Origin: Candidatus Saccharimonadota bacterium | Lineage (GTDB): Bacteria; Patescibacteriota; Saccharimonadia; UBA4664 | Reading direction: 5' to 3' | NCBI GenBank assembly: GCA_019352195.1 | Contig: JACAFG010000001.1 | Span: 2,485-66,484, forward strand | DNA length: 64,000 bases | Shown: positions 59,697 to 64,000 of the stretch, one piece after another | How the letters are laid out: each line of letters starts with the position of its first letter | How positions within the stretch are numbered: position 1 is the stretch's first letter | Position numbers and translations under genes: made by a program | The notes under the pieces: generated by a model | Database searches by the model: none | What the model was told of the DNA's origin: nothing | The model's input: the letters and a program-made list of their open reading frames with translations, nothing else

Positions 59697-60641
59697 TTGA
59701 GAATGACCATCAAAACTTCAACCCTAAAGCGCTACATACCGCTTATCCTTGGAATCGCGCTCTTAGTGGGAGCGGCGCTTTATGTGCCTTGGGATAGTGT
59801 TGAGCCATATCTTGCAAAGGTCTCCGCGCTCAATTATAGCTTGCTGATCTTACTGAGCGTGCTGTATTACTTTGGGCGAAGTTTGCGCTACTGGCTGATG
59901 TTGAAGATGCTGCACCAAACGGCGCCATTCAAAATCGTGGTACTGTCTTGCTTGGCCGCCCAACCTATCGCGGTATTGCCTGGCGGCGAACTCTATCGCG
60001 GCGTAATGCTCAAGCGTTATGGAAACGTGAACTTAAGTGACAGTACGGCAAGTGTGTTTGCGCAATCATTGGCCGAAAGCTTTGGTCTTATTGTTATCGC
60101 GCTGATTGGGGCTGGCATTTTACATCGTTATGAACTTGCCACTGCCAGCATCGCCATCGTGCTGTTTGCGATGTGGATTGTTATCAATTTATATTCTGGC
60201 TCGAAAGCTCACCGGGTTACCAACTTGTTGCCGGGAGTCAATTTTCATCCCTCAAGCGTAGCAGCTTATTTGCGACGCAACCGCATTTTGCTATCAGGTA
60301 AAAATTTTGGTATTTTGCTGGCGGCGTCACTTGTTAGTACCGTTGCCGGTATTGCCATGGTTATCACGGTAATATATGGACTCGGACTGCATATCGGCAT
60401 TGCTCAGGCAGCTATGGTGTACGCCCTGCCGGCTGTGCTTGAAGTCGTTTCTTTTTTGCCCGGCGGCTTGGGCGCCAACGAAGGTACATCGGTAGGGTTA
60501 TTATTGCTATTTAATTTTTCCTTGCCTGAGGCCATTGCCGTCACTATTTTGGTTCGTATCTTTACGCTGGGCATTGGCTTTATATTTGGATTTGGGGCCA
60601 TGTTATGGGCCAAAATCGGGAATTTTCGACAATATGACTAA
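59697..60641 (+). CDS. flippase-like (lysylphosphatidylglycerol-synthase TM-region / YbhN family) membrane protein
   Basis: A 314 aa, eight-TM product with the UPF0104-like pattern. Confidence 0.6.
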   Translation: MRMTIKTSTLKRYIPLILGIALLVGAALYVPWDSVEPYLAKVSALNYSLLILLSVLYYFGRSLRYWLMLKMLHQTAPFKIVVLSCLAAQPIAVLPGGELYRGVMLKRYGNVNLSDSTASVFAQSLAESFGLIVIALIGAGILHRYELATASIAIVLFAMWIVINLYSGSKAHRVTNLLPGVNFHPSSVAAYLRRNRILLSGKNFGILLAASLVSTVAGIAMVITVIYGLGLHIGIAQAAMVYALPAVLEVVSFLPGGLGANEGTSVGLLLLFNFSLPEAIAVTILVRIFTLGIGFIFGFGAMLWAKIGNFRQYD

Positions 60642-60643
60642 AA

Positions 60644-61315
60644 TTGGGCTATAGTGGCCGTATTAATGAAAGTTTCCCTATGGCACGTAGTAGTACTCAA
60701 GGTTTGACCGCACGGTTTCGGCTCATGATTGCGGCCTTCGTTGGGCTCGTAGTCGGCGCTATCGTGGCATTTTCGGGTTCGCTCCTTGTAGCATTACTGC
60801 TCGGCTGGGACGCCGCCGCCGCTACCTATTTGGTGTGGAGCTGGCTGCGGGTTGGCGGCTATAACGCTACCCAAACAGCGCATCATGCGGTGCGGGACGA
60901 CCCGACGCTGGGCCTTACCGACATCATTCTTATCGTGGCGAGCATCGCGAGCATCGTGGCCGCCGGACTTGTTGTGACCGGCGCGAGCTCTCAAAGTACG
61001 CTGCCAATTACGGTGGCTCTCGTGAGCTTGGCGGTGTCGTGGCTTTTGGTCCACACGGTATTTATGCTTCGTTACGCTAGGCTTTACTACGGCGATAAGC
61101 CCGGAGGGATCGACTTTAATCAGTCCGATAATCCCAAATACACCGATTTCGCTTACATGGCGTTTACGATCGGGATGACTTATCAAGTATCCGACACCGA
61201 GTTACAGACTTCAGCCATACGCAGTACGGCTCTACGCCAGGCTCTCATTTCGTATCTGTTTGGGGCGGTAATTTTGGCCGGCGTAATTAATTTGGTTGCT
61301 GGTCTCGGGAAGTAA
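60644..61315 (+). CDS. DUF1345 family membrane protein
   Basis: GGIDFNQSDNPKYTDFAYMAFTIGMTYQVSD signature. TTG 60644 or ATG 60680. Confidence 0.65.
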   Translation: MGYSGRINESFPMARSSTQGLTARFRLMIAAFVGLVVGAIVAFSGSLLVALLLGWDAAAATYLVWSWLRVGGYNATQTAHHAVRDDPTLGLTDIILIVASIASIVAAGLVVTGASSQSTLPITVALVSLAVSWLLVHTVFMLRYARLYYGDKPGGIDFNQSDNPKYTDFAYMAFTIGMTYQVSDTELQTSAIRSTALRQALISYLFGAVILAGVINLVAGLGK

Positions 61316-61388
61316 ATTCATCTCATATATAACCATAGCCAGGTCTCAGGCGTGCCACCACTAATTCCGGCTACGAGTATCGCCTTGA

Positions 61389-62123
61389 CTACTCTTGCCG
61401 GCGGATGGTGATCGACCCCAACACCAATGCCGCCGCAGCTACCCCCAGTACGACGCACAGATCTCGCTTCAGCTCACCCGTCCATTGGGAGTGCGTCGTT
61501 ACTTGCTTCATGGCGTCAACGCTATAGGTGAGTGGAAAGACATCAGCCAGTCGCTGCAAGAAAGTTGCCATTTGATCGCGCGCCACAAAGAGCCCGCACA
61601 CCAATACCTGTGGCATCAGAATCGGCATAACGAGCTCTACGGCTTGAAACTCACTGGTAGCAAACGCACTCACCAATAAGCCGAGCGACGTGCCCAGTAT
61701 AGCCGCGGCGACGGCGGCGACGATCAGAGCCAAAGTTCCGCCGAGCACGGTTACGCTCAAAAATCCCAGAGTTACCAAGCTGACCAGCGACGCCTGTACC
61801 AATCCAACGAGCGAAAACGCCAAGGCGTAGCCAAATAAGAAGTCCAGCTTACTAATAGGCATAGTCATGAGACGGTCAAGGGTACCGCTGGTACGTTCCC
61901 GCAGAGTCGCAATCGAAGTAACCAAAAACATCATCAATAAAGGGAAGATACCTAATATCATGGGCGCGACGTTGTTAAACGCCACCGCGTTGTTGTAAAA
62001 CGCGTATTTTAAGATGATGAGTAATACGCACGGCACCACCATAATAAGTGCCACCGTGCGCGGATCGTGACGTAATTGTCGCAGCACACGTACGGCCGTC
62101 GCCAAGGTTCGCCTTGGATTCAT
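61389..62123 (-). CDS. ABC-2 type transporter permease
   Basis: A 244 aa, six-TM product. ATGA-coupled to the ATPase. Confidence 0.8.
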   Translation of the reverse strand: MNPRRTLATAVRVLRQLRHDPRTVALIMVVPCVLLIILKYAFYNNAVAFNNVAPMILGIFPLLMMFLVTSIATLRERTSGTLDRLMTMPISKLDFLFGYALAFSLVGLVQASLVSLVTLGFLSVTVLGGTLALIVAAVAAAILGTSLGLLVSAFATSEFQAVELVMPILMPQVLVCGLFVARDQMATFLQRLADVFPLTYSVDAMKQVTTHSQWTGELKRDLCVVLGVAAAALVLGSITIRRQE

Positions 62124-62845
62124 TTGGCAGCTCCAACTAGCTTAAGGAAGGCCGCCTCAACCCCGGTCGTGCCGGTTTGTTGGCACAGCTGCTGCGGCGT
62201 TCCGTGCGCCAGCAAGCGGCCGTCGCGCAGCAGTACCAAGTCGTGGCAGCGGCTGGCTTCGTCCATTACGTGGCTCGACACGATCAGGGTAGTTCCACTA
62301 GCTGCCAATTGCTCAAACAGCTGCCACAAAGACGCCCGAAGTACGGGGTCAAGACCCACCGTGGGTTCATCTAAGATGAGCAATTTTGGCTTAGCAATGA
62401 GAGCTATTCCCAACGAGACGCGCTGACGCTGGCCGCCCGAAAGCTGTGCGATCAGACGGTCTGCGTGCGGACTCAGTTCGGTGGTAGTCAAGACGCGTTC
62501 TACGGCCGCAGTTATGCGACGGCGGGGAATATTTGCCATAGTCGCAAAGTAGCGGAGGTTTTCCGCGACGGTCAAATCGCTATAGGTCCCAGCGCCTTGC
62601 GTCATATAACCTAGCTGCCGCCTCAATTGGGCGCTCCCCGCGGGATGGTCGAAAATATCGATGCTACCCGACGTGATCCGCTGTCGACCAACGAGAGCGC
62701 GAATCAGCGTGGTCTTACCAGCGCCAGACGGCCCAATGATGCCAATAATTTGTCCACCATCTAATGCTACCGAAATGTCTTCTAGCGCCGTCTGATAATG
62801 ATCAAAGGTTACGCCCACATGGGTTAATAAAATTCCGTTTGCCAT
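62120..62845 (-). CDS. ABC transporter ATP-binding protein
   Basis: GPSGAGKTT, LSGGQRQR, and ILDEPTVGLD. The start is taken at the internal ATG 62845. Confidence 0.85.
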   Translation of the reverse strand: MANGILLTHVGVTFDHYQTALEDISVALDGGQIIGIIGPSGAGKTTLIRALVGRQRITSGSIDIFDHPAGSAQLRRQLGYMTQGAGTYSDLTVAENLRYFATMANIPRRRITAAVERVLTTTELSPHADRLIAQLSGGQRQRVSLGIALIAKPKLLILDEPTVGLDPVLRASLWQLFEQLAASGTTLIVSSHVMDEASRCHDLVLLRDGRLLAHGTPQQLCQQTGTTGVEAAFLKLVGAAK

Positions 62846-62944
62846 AAGCATTATTGTATACCAACTCATGCTTCGTGCGATTTTGTAATTATGCACAATA
62901 CAGGTGCCGCTAGTTTTGGTAAAATCTACAAAAGGAGTATTTCT

Positions 62945-63340
62945 ATGCAAGATCCAGCCGAACTAACAGCCCAAGCGTCAGATCTCCGCGCACAAGCAGA
63001 AGCCGCCCGCGCCGAAGCTGATCGACTTGACAGCGAGGCCCGCGACAAGGACATCGAAATGGTCGCCGCCGAAAACCGCATCGAGCAAGGTCGGTTTGAA
63101 ATCGAGGCGCGTGACCACCGTCGTGCCGCACAAGAACAAAGTGCGCTGGCCGACCGCTTGGCATCCGAGGCGTCCGACCTGGAGTCAAAAGCGACCGATG
63201 AGGCCAATTTACTTTCGGAGCAGGCTAAGGACCGTGACCGCGAAGCCAGCGCTATGGCTGCCACGACCGGTGATGACTTTGAAGCGCAGCGCTTATCGCG
63301 TGAAGCTGATGAACTGAGGCGTCGAGCCTCTGGCGTTTAG
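62945..63340 (+). CDS. highly charged Ala/Arg/Asp/Glu-rich coiled-coil protein
   Basis: An AAAGGAG RBS. Heptad-like charged repeats. 131 aa. Confidence 0.5.
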   Translation: MQDPAELTAQASDLRAQAEAARAEADRLDSEARDKDIEMVAAENRIEQGRFEIEARDHRRAAQEQSALADRLASEASDLESKATDEANLLSEQAKDRDREASAMAATTGDDFEAQRLSREADELRRRASGV

Positions 63341-64000
63341 GATCTCCACGTTGACCAATCGCCCACAAAACCAATTTCGGTCTCCAGCAGCTGACCCGTG
63401 GCGGCCTGTACCTCTTGCTGGACGGCCTCGATGAGCCCTCGTACGTCCGCCGCCGTGGCGCCCCCGAGGTTCACGAGATAGTTAGCATGCTTAGGTGAAA
63501 CCTGAACGTTACCCAAGCTGCGGCCTTTTAGCCCAGCTTGATCAATGAGTCGGCCCGCGCCAACGCCTGGAATATTAATAAACACCGATCCGCACGATGG
63601 AAAGTCGGCCAGCAGCGGCTGCTTGGCTGCCCGCCAGGCAGCACTAGCGGCAATTTGCTGCTCTATCTGCGCTCGTGGTCGCCGAGTCATTTGGAACGTT
63701 GTCGCCAGCAAGATCACTGGGCGATCAAGCATTAGGCTATAATCGTAGGTAAACTCAAACCAAGCGTGATCCACATGGTGCACCTTGCCGGCTTCGTCCA
63801 GCACCACACCCGCCGTTACGCGATCGGCTAAATACTGTGTCTCGCCGGCAACAATTTCGCCTGAAGCGGCCCACTGCGCCGCGTCTACTTCTACAAAGTG
63901 AAAATTTTGTCGCACACCGCCCCCAACGCTCGAAGGCACCACGGTAAAGTATTCCAGATTTCCCAAGTCTAGCTCGGCCGCTGCGGCAATAACTTCACCG
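63337..64000 (-). CDS. murB: UDP-N-acetylenolpyruvoylglucosamine reductase MurB, C-terminal part; gene continues past the window end
   Basis: CGSVFINIP...AGRLIDQAGLKGRSLGNVQVSPKHANYLVNLGGATAADV MurB C-terminal signature. The frame stays open to 64000. Confidence 0.8.
   Translation of the reverse strand, partial: GEVIAAAAELDLGNLEYFTVVPSSVGGGVRQNFHFVEVDAAQWAASGEIVAGETQYLADRVTAGVVLDEAGKVHHVDHAWFEFTYDYSLMLDRPVILLATTFQMTRRPRAQIEQQIAASAAWRAAKQPLLADFPSCGSVFINIPGVGAGRLIDQAGLKGRSLGNVQVSPKHANYLVNLGGATAADVRGLIEAVQQEVQAATGQLLETEIGFVGDWSTWRS

Noticed and set aside
50200-61320. Integron cassette array hypothesis for the accessory tract
   Set aside because: No IntI integrase. Gene orientations are mixed. 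The intergenic elements are ordinary hairpin terminators rather than attC-type imperfect palindromes with R/L core sites.
1-64000. CRISPR arrays, retron/DGR reverse transcriptases, rRNA genes
   Set aside because: No regularly spaced direct repeats, no RT-like ORF, and no rRNA-like conserved stretches were seen on either strand.

Overview
This 64 kb window is about 55% GC and looks like a small-genome, Gram-positive-type bacterium (possibly a CPR/Saccharibacteria-like epibiont; tentative). Organism placement is inference from gene content: short TsaB, rny-ymdB-hup synteny, type IV pilus locus with very large prepilin-like proteins, many small membrane proteins, tRNAs with encoded CCA. The housekeeping backbone is dnaJ, murI, yebC, ruvC, ruvA, ruvB, tsaE, tsaB, rny, ymdB, hup, partial murB, and five tRNAs (Lys-TTT, Arg-TCT, Gly-TCC, Pro-TGG, His-GTG). 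Three larger loci stand out. One is a pilB-pilC-[foreign gene]-pilA-minor pilins-pilMNO type IV pilus locus on the minus strand. One is a glycan locus (GT4, GH130, an APH-fold kinase, an SGNH hydrolase). One is a molybdopterin enzyme paired with an FNR-like reductase. The right half is accessory DNA. A ~5 kb low-GC integrated element sits between tRNA-Gly and tRNA-Pro/His. It carries a large serine recombinase, an Xis-like HTH, an alpha/beta hydrolase and an SDR, and is bracketed by a 17-nt tRNA T-arm-like direct repeat. It is followed by a mosaic of GC-rich and AT-rich small orphan genes. Several genes are disrupted: two GNAT fragments, a frameshifted P-loop kinase, a frameshifted membrane protein, a frameshifted orphan, and a NUDIX gene with an in-frame TAG. 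Nine genes have markedly elevated GC (roughly 58-65% by eye) and are candidate xenologs. One is a membrane protein inserted between pilC and pilA. All calls rest on reading the sequence and ORF translations. No searches were run.
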